A stretch of DNA of 64,000 nucleotides. It comes from a virus. The stretch lies in IMG/VR virus record IMGVR_UViG_3300034418_011142, positions 4,864-68,863 of that record. The stretch is one strand, 5' to 3'. The translations under genes were made by a program, and so were the position numbers. Position 1 is the first letter of the stretch. Every line of letters begins with the position of its first letter. The notes under the pieces were generated by a model. It was not told the origin of the DNA. It searched no databases and saw nothing but the letters and a program-made list of their open reading frames with translations. Below, piece after piece: positions 54,538 to 64,000 of this stretch.

Positions 54538-56625
54538 ATGGGTCTAGTTAATTTAACAACTAATCTTAAATCCTTAAGATATGGTAAGGATAGATTAGGC
54601 GGGGGTAGTAGTAATCAACCCTACGTCAAATCTTCTATACCTTCGGGAGATAATGTTGGTAGAACTGGAGGACCCGATTTTTTACTAAGAGGAGGAACAC
54701 TAACCCCCGGCAGAATTATTGAAGATGGGTCTCGTTTAGCCCAAATGTTTTTTGATTTAAAATCCCCTAATGGATTATTATTTACAGCTAAACAAAATAT
54801 TCTGTCAAGAAGTGCTGTTGCTACACAAGCTAGTGGTAATGCTTTAAATGAAGGTATTTACTTGCCAACTTCTACACTTTTAGCTGCTGCTGGTACCCCA
54901 CTTGGACTTCATTTAAATAAACAAGGTTTAGACCCAACTAAACGAACAGGACCAGATGCAGGTCAAAATGGTTTATTTGATTTATTAAATATTAAAGATC
55001 CTTTAGGATTACCTGTTTATAGTGAGTTTGTATCTATTAGACAACCTAAAAATGCTAATAGATTATTAGATTTTACTACAAGTAAAATCAACACAGATAC
55101 TCAGGGAGTAAATGTGTTATATGAATACAATGGAGGACCTGGATCTATAGTAGGTGTAGGTAAAACCCAAATAAAATTATCAAGTGAAAGAACAGGAGAA
55201 AATAATCCTGAATTACGAAATATAGGATTTTTTGCTAATACCGGTAATGGATTTAGGAATTACCAAACTTTATTCCCAAATTTTAGACCTATAAAATACC
55301 AGGGGTTAAGTATATTTAATAATCCTAATAGTGTAAGCCAATTATATAGTTCATTAACTGCAACCGATTTATTTGTAGGAAATGGTTCCCTTTACTTTGA
55401 TAATTCTGGAAATGAACAAGATGGCTTAAGAAGATTTAATTTAAGTGTTTATAATCAAGGGACACTTACAACTCCATCATCAATCTATAATGAGCAAAAA
55501 ATAGATGCTTTTACCCAACAACAAATTATAGATAAAGAATCAAGTAAAGATAATCCTTCATCTTCAAAACCTGATTTTAGAAAAACTTTTGCACCCAATG
55601 GAAACGAAAGGATACCAAATAGTTTACCTTATACTCAATTTAATATTGAACAAAGAGTTAATTTAGGGAACCCGGGTACAACAGCAGGTAAAGATAAATC
55701 AAGTTATGTAAAAGGAACAGGTAAGATATTAGATAAAATAAACGGTTTTCCTTTATATAAAAGTAGCAAGGTTACTAATAATAGAACTAAAAATGATTTA
55801 GTTAAATTTAGAATTGGAGTAATAGATAATGAAAATCCATCTAAAAAAACCTATATCCATTTTAGAGCATTTATTAGTGGTATGAGTGATTCATACACTG
55901 CAGATTGGCAAGGAGAAAAATTTATGGGTAGAGGTGAAAAACTTTATAGATATAGTGGATTTGATAGACAAATTTCATTATCTTGGAAAGTAGCAGCTCA
56001 ATCAAAGCAAGAGTTAATTCCAATGTATCAAAAACTAAATTATCTTGCTTCAGTTTGTGCTCCTGATTATTCTAAAACAGGATACATGAGAGGTAATTTA
56101 ATCACTTTAACTGTAGGAGGTTACTTATATGAACAAACAGGCATAATGACGGGAATTACTTATACAGTACCAGATGAATCTCCTTGGGAAATAGCAATCC
56201 CAGATAATTCTAATATTTCATTTAATCAAAATGGAACTAATAGAATAGCAACTGATTCATCTGTTAAAGAAATGCCTCATATAATAGAAGTATCAGGATT
56301 TAATTTTATCCCAATCCATGATTTTGTACCAAGAGTACAACAAAACTTATTTAGTGAAAATGGATCATTTGGGTATGGTGATAATAATGGAACAGGTAAT
56401 ATACTTACAGGACATGGTGCAGAAAGATATATAGCATTAAAAAATGGATATAGTGAAAATTATAAAGGAGCAGGAGCAAGTGGTAACATATATGTAGAGG
56501 AATCCCAAGAAATTTTAGAAGCAGAAGTAGCAGATCAACAACCCGTAACTTCTGCTACAAGTATACCACCAGTAAGTAGTGATTTAGAAGGAGCTCCTTC
56601 TCAAATACCAAACTTTGGCCGATGA
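54538..56625 (+). CDS. Baseplate/tail-tube initiator-like protein
   Basis: C-terminal FRAFI..MSDSYTADW...MGRGE..YRY.GFDRQISL...LTVG.YL tube-like domain. Confidence 0.65.
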   Translation: MGLVNLTTNLKSLRYGKDRLGGGSSNQPYVKSSIPSGDNVGRTGGPDFLLRGGTLTPGRIIEDGSRLAQMFFDLKSPNGLLFTAKQNILSRSAVATQASGNALNEGIYLPTSTLLAAAGTPLGLHLNKQGLDPTKRTGPDAGQNGLFDLLNIKDPLGLPVYSEFVSIRQPKNANRLLDFTTSKINTDTQGVNVLYEYNGGPGSIVGVGKTQIKLSSERTGENNPELRNIGFFANTGNGFRNYQTLFPNFRPIKYQGLSIFNNPNSVSQLYSSLTATDLFVGNGSLYFDNSGNEQDGLRRFNLSVYNQGTLTTPSSIYNEQKIDAFTQQQIIDKESSKDNPSSSKPDFRKTFAPNGNERIPNSLPYTQFNIEQRVNLGNPGTTAGKDKSSYVKGTGKILDKINGFPLYKSSKVTNNRTKNDLVKFRIGVIDNENPSKKTYIHFRAFISGMSDSYTADWQGEKFMGRGEKLYRYSGFDRQISLSWKVAAQSKQELIPMYQKLNYLASVCAPDYSKTGYMRGNLITLTVGGYLYEQTGIMTGITYTVPDESPWEIAIPDNSNISFNQNGTNRIATDSSVKEMPHIIEVSGFNFIPIHDFVPRVQQNLFSENGSFGYGDNNGTGNILTGHGAERYIALKNGYSENYKGAGASGNIYVEESQEILEAEVADQQPVTSATSIPPVSSDLEGAPSQIPNFGR

Positions 56626-56942
56626 GTAGATATAATGACATAGCAATATTATCTAAAAAACAAAAAGGTAAAAATAATAAAAATATAAATTTTGTAGCTA
56701 ATACAAAATACCCAGATGTCCCTTTAAGTTTAAATGATATTTACGTTTATACTACCGAAGGAGATAGGTTAGATATTTTAGCTCAACAGTATTATAGTGA
56801 TTCATCTTTATGGTGGGTTATTTCTATAGCCAACCCTCAATTAACTCAAGGATCTTATTATGTTCCTATAGGAACTCAATTAAGAATACCAAGTGATATA
56901 GAATCCATCAAAAATGCTTTGAATGAACTTAATAAATTTTAG
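56622..56942 (+). CDS. LysM/tail-X-like baseplate wedge protein
   Basis: EGDRLDILAQQYYSDSSLWWVISIANP...GTQLRIP. Confidence 0.8.
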   Translation: MSRYNDIAILSKKQKGKNNKNINFVANTKYPDVPLSLNDIYVYTTEGDRLDILAQQYYSDSSLWWVISIANPQLTQGSYYVPIGTQLRIPSDIESIKNALNELNKF

Positions 56943-56944
56943 TT

Positions 56945-59900
56945 ATGGTAGGGAATATAGTTGGAGAACCAACAGAAAGATATGTCAATGAAGAAATTGT
57001 ATTAAGGCAAGCAGCCCATGGTTCTGGGGGTAATGTTAATGTTTCTAGAAACCCTAGTGTTTTAAATTATCTAAATAATAGACAAGCATGGATCAAATTA
57101 GCTTCTGGAATTAGTTTAGATAATATATCTAGATTAAAAGATATTACTAAGGGTGAAATTGGAACAAGTATTACAGACACAGTAGCTAGAAATTATGCTG
57201 GTCCTTTATTAGCTAAAAATTTTATTTTATTTAATACTATAAGTTCTTTAGGTAAAAATTATACTTTTAGAAGTGGTGTTAAAAATACCCAAGATTTACT
57301 AGATATTTTTGCACAATATGGAGGTATAGGAGGAAGCAACCAAGGTTTACAACCTATTCCTGGAATTGTTAGTGCTACGGTAAAAGCTAGAAATAGAGGA
57401 TCTATTAGAGAGGCTACAGTTCAACTTAAAGCGTATAATAAACTTCAATTTTCAATCATAGAATTACTTTACTTAAGATTAGGGTGTAGTATGATGTTAG
57501 AATGGGGGTGGGACAAAGAATTAGTAGTAGAACAACAATCTCCTTTAAAGTTAGGAACTAGAGATGTTGGCAGTACCATTATAGAACAACAATGGTTTAA
57601 ATCCTCAGGTACTTCCCAATTGCAAATGTTAAACTCAATAGAAACCTATAGAAAAACATATAGTGGAAACTATGATGGGTTTTTTGGAAAGGTTTCAAAT
57701 TTTAACTGGACTTATAACCCTGATGGTTCTTATGATATTGATCTAAAATTAATTACAGTTGGTGATGTTATAGAATCATTAGTTGCTAATGTTGGATTTA
57801 AGGGATTAAATGGTTCTTCTTTAGTCAATTTAAAAAACCAATACCAAAAATTTACAGAATCTTATAATTACGGGATAGGCCAATCTTCATACAACCCAGA
57901 CCCAGAAAATGAACTTTCTCCAAACACTGAGGAAGATACAGCCTTAATGATAGATGTAGCTTCAACTGATGCTATTACTAATTATCTTTTTGTAAATAGT
58001 ATTGCTTTAAAAAGTGATTCTTTTAGGGGAGATTTTTATAACATAAGGTCTGCTGCCTATAAACAGTATGGGGAAGACATAGTTAAACAAGTTCCTGAAT
58101 TTAAAAATTTTTATGTAAGGTTAGGGACTTTTTTAGAATTTTTAGAAGATACTATTTTAACAAAAACTAAAGGAACAGGTAATTTTGAAACAATATTAAA
58201 TATAGATACAGATACAGATACTAATTTAGTAAGTGCTTATCTTGATCAAATCTCTTTTGACCCTAGAGTTTGTTTAATTCATCCAAAATTTAGTAAAAAA
58301 GTTAGTGATTCATTACCTAAATTAGAAGGTAAACCTGAACCCATATTTTTCCTAGAACAAAAACTTCCAGAATACACTTATGTAACAAAAGGAGTAGTAT
58401 ATGCTAAATTAATGAATTTATATCTTAATACAGATTTTTTAATTAATCTTATTAAAAATAAAAAAACTGATAAGAATGAAGTTAAATTATTTCCATTTTT
58501 AAATGATATTTGTAAGGAAATAAATAAATCTTTAGGTGGCGTAAATAATATAGAACCTATTATAAAAGATGATAAAACTATTACTTTTATAGATCAAAAC
58601 CCAATTTCAGGATTTGGAAAAATTGCAAGTGATTTAGGAATTGAATTTAATAAGTCTATAACTCCATTAAATGTGTATGGTTATGGTAAAGATAATTCTA
58701 ACTTTGTTAAAAATATATCATTTAACACTAAAATAGGTCCAAATTTATCTACAATGATAACTGTAGGTGCAACAGCTGCAGGAAAAAATAATACTAAAAA
58801 TTATGAAGCGACTGCTTTTGAAAAATGGAATGATGGGTTAAGTGATAGGTTTAATCAAGAGATGGTAGATCCTGAGTATGATCCTAACATAGAAGCTGCT
58901 CCTGTAGATAATACTCAAATAGCTAATAAAGCAATAGTTTATATAAATAGCCAAAGTTCACAATACGGTGCCTCTTATGCTAGATTTAATAAAAATGGAG
59001 AAGTAGGAGAATTAGCAGAAGAAAATGCATTAGCAAATAATTCAGTTGCATTTAATGGTAGTAACAGATATAAAAATTATAAAAATAAAAGAGAAAAAAG
59101 AAAAAATTTACTAGGTCAAGAATATGAAGCATCAGTAGGTAAAATATTTTTAGGTTATAGCGATCAATTTGGTAATGTATATCCTGCCTCTCAATATCCT
59201 GATAATGAAATAGGGTTTAGAAAATTTGCGATAGCTGCTTATAAAGTATTTAATCAAAAAGAATTAGAAAAAGCAGCAGATGAACAAGCTAAAAAGAATG
59301 CTGCTGAAGAAATTAAAAGTAGTTTTGAAGGATGGATAGTACAAGCATTTGGTGGAGAAACTAGTAAAGCTAATAATCTAGGAACAAATATTGCTGTTAA
59401 CCAAACCACATCAAAAGAAACAAAAACTACTAATACTGAAGTTACAGCCAAGGCCCAACCTAAAACATCGTATAATGTTAGCAAATTATATTCTAAATAC
59501 TTTAACTTTGCAGAAAGTAATGATTTTTATTCTAGAGGTAAAAAGGCATTTAAAGAATATATAAATAAAGAAGCTAACAATAAATTTGTAAAAGATAGTA
59601 CCCCTTCTAATACTATAGGTTTTATCCCTGTAGAATTTAATTTAGATTTAGATGGAATATCTGGTTTTAAGTTGTATAATTCTATTAAAATTAACCAACA
59701 ATTTTTACCTCCACAATATCCTATAGCATTAAGATTTTTAATACAAAATTTAGACCATAAAATTGATGGTAATGGGTGGATAACTTCTTTAAAAACCCTA
59801 TCTGTTCCTGTAACAGAAGCAGATACTGGATTAACTTTAGCAGATGAACTAAGTTTAGAAGACTTACAAGCATTAGAAGCATCCTTACCAGAACCCCCAC

Positions 59901-61336
59901 CACCAACTACAACACCAGGATATTCACCATCTGGAGCTACTTTTGATATTACAAACCCAGGAAGTATTGATGTTACTTCTCCATCTGGATTCCCTGTTCT
60001 TACTAAAAATAAAAACACAGGACAAAATCAAATTGTTAATGGAAATGGGGGTAAATATGCAAGATTTGTTGGAGATATAGATAAAACACCAGGATTAAAA
60101 CGTATATTCTTTGATGAAATTACAATGAAAACTAGTGTAATTATTCACCATACAGCGGGTTGGTCTTATGGTCAACCTAATGCAGCTGCTAGTTCAATAG
60201 AAGGGTGGACAGAAAGAGCAATAGAAGAAAATTATCCTGTAGCTACACAATATGTAATAACTCAAGATGGTCATATAGAATTAGTATTTAATGAAGCATT
60301 TTGGTCACATCACGGTTCTATTGGAACGCAGGATAAATATACTATTGGGATTGAATTACAAGCTTTAGGTTACATGAAGGGTAGAAGACAAACAAGTAAT
60401 GGTTCTGTCTCTTATACTAGAGGAGATTTAACTGTTGATCAAAATAGAGCTAGAAAATATATAAAAAGTAGTATAACAAGCCAAGATGTAATTGATGTAG
60501 ATGCTTTATTTTCAAAACCTGTAGATGAAAATGGAAATGAAATTACATTTAGAGGGTATAATTATTTTCAAAAGTATTCTCCTGAACAATTACAAGCTTT
60601 AGAACAGGTATTAAGAGGAATAAAATCTAGACATCCTCAAATAGATTTTACCTATGATTATAATAGAATGTTCCCACGTAGTCCATTATATGATAGTAGT
60701 ACTGCAAATTTAAAAAATAGAAGTGGAATTTATACCCATAATACTTTTAGAAAGAAAACAGATGTATTCCCCCAATTAGAATTATTACAATTACTTAAGC
60801 GTTTAGGCACAGAACTAGGAGGATCTCAACCATTACCTAATGGTCAATTTTATGGTCAAAATGGAAACTTTACAGCTGGTACAACAAATACATCTTTTGC
60901 AGGTGCTGTATCTGAACCAACCCCATCTAATGCTTGGGATTACAAAACATTAATGTTTGATGTGGTAGATACGGTGTTCCAAGAAATGAGAGCATTATCA
61001 AGTGAATTTGGTGGAACTTTTGTACCTAAAGAAGGAGGAGATAAAGATAATCCAAATTCAGAAGTAGGAAGATTATTTGATGCAGCTGAAAGATTAAAAC
61101 AAGCTATTAAAACAGATAGTGATTCTAGAATTTTAGAAAGGTTTAATAATACTGATGGTTGGTTTAAAACAAATGAAGGGAAGAAAAAATGGGCTATATC
61201 TCAATTAGCTGATAATAGAACATATAGAAAAGATTCCTATGATGGGTATGATTCTCCTAACACTCTTGATAGTGATTTAGAAAATGGATGGGAAGCTTTA
61301 GGAGGGGTATTTAATGGAGAACAAGTTGATTTTTAA
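56945..61336 (+). CDS. Baseplate hub protein with a C-terminal N-acetylmuramoyl-L-alanine amidase-like domain
   Basis: PIPGIVS...GSIREATV...LRLG..MMLEWGW...NYDG..GKVSNF.W hub motifs; IIHHTAG...TQDG...IGIEL...EQLQAL...THN...D amidase motifs. Confidence 0.75.
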   Translation: MVGNIVGEPTERYVNEEIVLRQAAHGSGGNVNVSRNPSVLNYLNNRQAWIKLASGISLDNISRLKDITKGEIGTSITDTVARNYAGPLLAKNFILFNTISSLGKNYTFRSGVKNTQDLLDIFAQYGGIGGSNQGLQPIPGIVSATVKARNRGSIREATVQLKAYNKLQFSIIELLYLRLGCSMMLEWGWDKELVVEQQSPLKLGTRDVGSTIIEQQWFKSSGTSQLQMLNSIETYRKTYSGNYDGFFGKVSNFNWTYNPDGSYDIDLKLITVGDVIESLVANVGFKGLNGSSLVNLKNQYQKFTESYNYGIGQSSYNPDPENELSPNTEEDTALMIDVASTDAITNYLFVNSIALKSDSFRGDFYNIRSAAYKQYGEDIVKQVPEFKNFYVRLGTFLEFLEDTILTKTKGTGNFETILNIDTDTDTNLVSAYLDQISFDPRVCLIHPKFSKKVSDSLPKLEGKPEPIFFLEQKLPEYTYVTKGVVYAKLMNLYLNTDFLINLIKNKKTDKNEVKLFPFLNDICKEINKSLGGVNNIEPIIKDDKTITFIDQNPISGFGKIASDLGIEFNKSITPLNVYGYGKDNSNFVKNISFNTKIGPNLSTMITVGATAAGKNNTKNYEATAFEKWNDGLSDRFNQEMVDPEYDPNIEAAPVDNTQIANKAIVYINSQSSQYGASYARFNKNGEVGELAEENALANNSVAFNGSNRYKNYKNKREKRKNLLGQEYEASVGKIFLGYSDQFGNVYPASQYPDNEIGFRKFAIAAYKVFNQKELEKAADEQAKKNAAEEIKSSFEGWIVQAFGGETSKANNLGTNIAVNQTTSKETKTTNTEVTAKAQPKTSYNVSKLYSKYFNFAESNDFYSRGKKAFKEYINKEANNKFVKDSTPSNTIGFIPVEFNLDLDGISGFKLYNSIKINQQFLPPQYPIALRFLIQNLDHKIDGNGWITSLKTLSVPVTEADTGLTLADELSLEDLQALEASLPEPPPPTTTPGYSPSGATFDITNPGSIDVTSPSGFPVLTKNKNTGQNQIVNGNGGKYARFVGDIDKTPGLKRIFFDEITMKTSVIIHHTAGWSYGQPNAAASSIEGWTERAIEENYPVATQYVITQDGHIELVFNEAFWSHHGSIGTQDKYTIGIELQALGYMKGRRQTSNGSVSYTRGDLTVDQNRARKYIKSSITSQDVIDVDALFSKPVDENGNEITFRGYNYFQKYSPEQLQALEQVLRGIKSRHPQIDFTYDYNRMFPRSPLYDSSTANLKNRSGIYTHNTFRKKTDVFPQLELLQLLKRLGTELGGSQPLPNGQFYGQNGNFTAGTTNTSFAGAVSEPTPSNAWDYKTLMFDVVDTVFQEMRALSSEFGGTFVPKEGGDKDNPNSEVGRLFDAAERLKQAIKTDSDSRILERFNNTDGWFKTNEGKKKWAISQLADNRTYRKDSYDGYDSPNTLDSDLENGWEALGGVFNGEQVDF

Positions 61337-61347
61337 AAAAATAATAG

Positions 61348-62196
61348 ATGTATTTCCCAAAATCACAAATAAAAACAAACCAAGTTACTAATGGAGGAGA
61401 ATTTCAATTCTTATCTACTGGAGAAGAATATGTTGGGTCCTATTTTACCACATCTACAGGTAAAATTTATTCGGGGAAAACACCACAAGATCTTCCTGTT
61501 AAAGAATTAGTACCTTTAAATAATGATAGAATAGTTCAAGGATACGATGCGGATGATGATCCTATAGGAAGTTGGGATAGAGAAAGTTCTTTATATACTT
61601 TAGATGAAGGGTATTTAAATTCAACAACTTTAAATTTTAATCAAGATGCCCCTTTACCCCCAAAACAATTTTATGTTCGTCCTACAGAAAAAAATTATGA
61701 AAATGGAGAAATATTAAGGTTTTTTGCAAGTAAAAACAATGAACCTAAATTTATTGAAATAGATATTAACCAATACAAAGAATATAAAAATAGATCCCCT
61801 TTAACTCAATATATATTATATAATGTATACAGTTTATTCTGGCAAATAAGTGGAGATAGAAATGAAGTTTATAATACTAATCTCAAAACAGTTACTTTAC
61901 TTCAACAAAACAAACAACTCCCAGGATTCGTTTCTTATTTTCAAAATAAATTTGATCAATTTTATAAAGCTTCTAACATAGTAGAAAATCTTGAAACTGA
62001 TGGAACAGAATTTAGAAATAGAAGATCAGGAGAACCTTATACTGGACCATATCATATTCACCCTGAATTTGGTCCTATGGTAGGAGCTACTCATGTTAAT
62101 ACCCCTCACGATTATTTAGATCCTATAATTTCGACAACAACAACAGGTTCTAGTAATAATCAACAAGTAGGCAGAGGATCATTTGGCGGCTACTAA
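61348..62196 (+). CDS. Hypothetical baseplate-module protein
   Basis: MYFPKSQI...TNGGEF...YVGSY; C-terminal YTGPYHIH...MVGATH. Confidence 0.55.
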   Translation: MYFPKSQIKTNQVTNGGEFQFLSTGEEYVGSYFTTSTGKIYSGKTPQDLPVKELVPLNNDRIVQGYDADDDPIGSWDRESSLYTLDEGYLNSTTLNFNQDAPLPPKQFYVRPTEKNYENGEILRFFASKNNEPKFIEIDINQYKEYKNRSPLTQYILYNVYSLFWQISGDRNEVYNTNLKTVTLLQQNKQLPGFVSYFQNKFDQFYKASNIVENLETDGTEFRNRRSGEPYTGPYHIHPEFGPMVGATHVNTPHDYLDPIISTTTTGSSNNQQVGRGSFGGY

Positions 62197-62211
62197 ATAG
62201 TTTCGTATATT
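62182..62211 (+). promoter_or_regulatory. Putative early promoter
   Basis: TTTGG-N16-TCGTATATT upstream of the polymerase gene. Confidence 0.65.
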
Positions 62212-62227
62212 CACCCAAAATGGTTAT

Positions 62228-63505
62228 ATGTACTGGCTAATAGAAGATTTAGAGCAGTTAAAGGTTTTTTGCAATAGTAGTTTTAAAGAAGCATTCATTG
62301 AAGTAATCCCCTTTAACGATATAATACACCCGGCGCAAAATAGTGTGTCTTTGGTGTATATTAGACCATTACTTGCAAGTAAAGGGTTTATGTTATGTGT
62401 TGACCATAGTGAGACTCTAAATGAAGTAAATACGCATATAAACGCGGTTTTAAATAAGTTTGATAAGCTATATTGTAGAGATAAAAAGGAAGTATTACAT
62501 TATTTTTGCCTAAAAGAGCTTTATGACATCAACCCACCCCCTACTACGTATATACGACCTACAACACAAACACACGAATTATTCTATAGACAACACGGTA
62601 ATAATCCGGAATTAAATAAAATTATCCCTATTGTAAAACATTATGAAATATGTGAGATGATTTGGGGGGATCTAAAAGACAATATAAATAAAGAGAAAAA
62701 TAAATATTATGAATTCTATAACAATAAAACCTCAGTGGTATTCAACGCTATCGAGAGAAGTGGATTACGAGTACACGTACCAACATTCGAAAGATATTTC
62801 CACCCCATTGATAGTGAATACGTCTACACTCAGTTCAACTTAAAAACAACCACAACAAGACCATCAAACAAATTTAAAAATGTAAATTATGCCGCACTTA
62901 ATAAAGAAAACGGATGTAGAAAAAGTTTTATACCACGTAATAGTAAATTTGTGGAAATTGACATTAGCGCTTACCATCCTAGTTTGGCTGCTCGTCTCAT
63001 TGATTATACTTTTCCCACTAATGATATTCACTCTCATTTTGCATCTTTATATAAGGTGGATTATAAAAAAGCAAAAGAACTTACTTTCAAACAACTTTAC
63101 GGAGGCGTATTTAAAAATTATAAACACCTGGAATTCTTTCAAAGAATTGAAAAATATGTAGAAAAAAACTGGGATAAATTTAATAGAGATGGGTTTGTGG
63201 AGTGTCTGATATCAAATTTTGTATATACAAAGGATGGTTTGGGGGAAATGAACCCACAAAAACTATTTAATTATGTGTTACAAAATTTAGAAACATCTGT
63301 AAATGTGTTGGTTTTGTGGGATATATTTCGTATATTACGGGGATATAAGACAAAGCTAGTGCTTTATACTTATGATTCGTTTTTATTTGATTTTAATGAG
63401 AATGAATTACATATACTAGAGAAGATTAGAGAAGTCTTCAAAAAATATAAATTAAATATAAAAGAAATAGAGGGTTATGATTACAACTTTGGAGAGACCA
63501 CTTAA
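62228..63505 (+). CDS. Compact family A DNA polymerase-like protein
   Basis: TTTTRPSN, motif A EIDISAYHP, motif B KAKELTFKQLYG, NYVLQ, motif C LYTYDSFLFD. Confidence 0.8.
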   Translation: MYWLIEDLEQLKVFCNSSFKEAFIEVIPFNDIIHPAQNSVSLVYIRPLLASKGFMLCVDHSETLNEVNTHINAVLNKFDKLYCRDKKEVLHYFCLKELYDINPPPTTYIRPTTQTHELFYRQHGNNPELNKIIPIVKHYEICEMIWGDLKDNINKEKNKYYEFYNNKTSVVFNAIERSGLRVHVPTFERYFHPIDSEYVYTQFNLKTTTTRPSNKFKNVNYAALNKENGCRKSFIPRNSKFVEIDISAYHPSLAARLIDYTFPTNDIHSHFASLYKVDYKKAKELTFKQLYGGVFKNYKHLEFFQRIEKYVEKNWDKFNRDGFVECLISNFVYTKDGLGEMNPQKLFNYVLQNLETSVNVLVLWDIFRILRGYKTKLVLYTYDSFLFDFNENELHILEKIREVFKKYKLNIKEIEGYDYNFGETT

Positions 63506-63944
63506 TATGTATAATACAGAATATGATGTTATAAACAGCATCGAAAATCTTAAAGATTTGAATAACAAACTATTTTGTACGTTTACAGACTTAGAAGGTC
63601 TTGATGCACTTATCGAAAATATACAATCAAGATATAGTATAATCTATAATAAAATGTTTGTCTTAGAAATTGTGGGGAAAAACGAATATGTTGTTACTTA
63701 CAATGTTGAGCAAGCTAATGTAGGTTCTATACCTGATAATACTATTTTAGTACATAGAAAAAAAGAATCAAATACTCTTTACACTATTAATGCTCTGAAC
63801 GAGTTAATTAAAAAATTAAATGGTGGTGTAGTAGATACTAAGTATCAAGTAGAATGGCAACATTATAGAAATTGTATCTTACTTACCCAGCATAATGAGT
63901 TAAATCAACTCAATACAAAAATTTATAAAATAATCGAAATTTAA
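63477..63944 (+). CDS. Hypothetical phage protein (start uncertain: ATG 63507 or TTG 63558)
   Basis: NNKLFCTF...HRKKESNTLYTINALN; late-type motif ATATGTATAATA at 63505-63516. Confidence 0.6.
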   Translation: MITTLERPLNMYNTEYDVINSIENLKDLNNKLFCTFTDLEGLDALIENIQSRYSIIYNKMFVLEIVGKNEYVVTYNVEQANVGSIPDNTILVHRKKESNTLYTINALNELIKKLNGGVVDTKYQVEWQHYRNCILLTQHNELNQLNTKIYKIIEI

Positions 63945-63954
63945 AAAACACACA

Positions 63955-64000
63955 ATGAAAAAGTTATTATTATTATCCTTAGTACTATTACTAACTGGAT
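63955..64000 (+). CDS. Partial ORF with a signal peptide (possible lipoprotein), cut by the window end
   Basis: MKKLLLLSLVLLLTG; the next codon begins with T, so it could be Cys. Confidence 0.4.
   Translation, partial: MKKLLLLSLVLLLTG

Noticed and set aside
1-64000. Stop-codon reassignment
   Set aside because: The standard code gives dense full-length genes, and TAA, TAG and TGA all end credible genes.
1-64000. tRNA genes
   Set aside because: Intergenic gaps are short and no cloverleaf with a T-loop consensus was found by eye; tRNAscan-SE would confirm.

Overview
This 64 kb window is an AT-rich fragment of a large lytic myovirus with T4-superfamily head and tail genes; every credible gene is on the + strand. 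Bacteroidota-type promoters (TTTG...TAnnTT), the lack of Shine-Dalgarno sites and Bacteroidota-like signal peptides point to a Bacteroidota host. Order: (i) 1-13155, mostly uncharacterised proteins that look like internal head cargo, carrying prohead-protease-type L/I-x-E motifs and shared N-terminal leaders; (ii) a small early island (UVR-motif protein, FAD oxidoreductase, P-loop kinase); (iii) a spanin-like pair, terminase, portal, prohead protease, scaffold, major capsid protein and PhoH; (iv) neck proteins and fibres, including an 1851-aa Pro-free collagen fibre; (v) a glycosyl-/methyltransferase cluster; (vi) sheath, tube, frameshifted chaperones, tape measure and baseplate with an amidase; (vii) a compact family A DNA polymerase. 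The strongest candidate system is capsid-cargo loading: a cassette of genes sharing an MDNFDLKKYLAE leader (analogous to the T4 capsid-targeting sequence) plus enzyme polyproteins whose domains are separated by L-x-E sites. Other leads are two promoter classes, three candidate structured RNAs, a +1/-2 frameshift and possible fibre glycosylation. Family assignments come from motif recognition by eye, not database searches. No tRNA, rRNA, CRISPR array or mobile element was seen.
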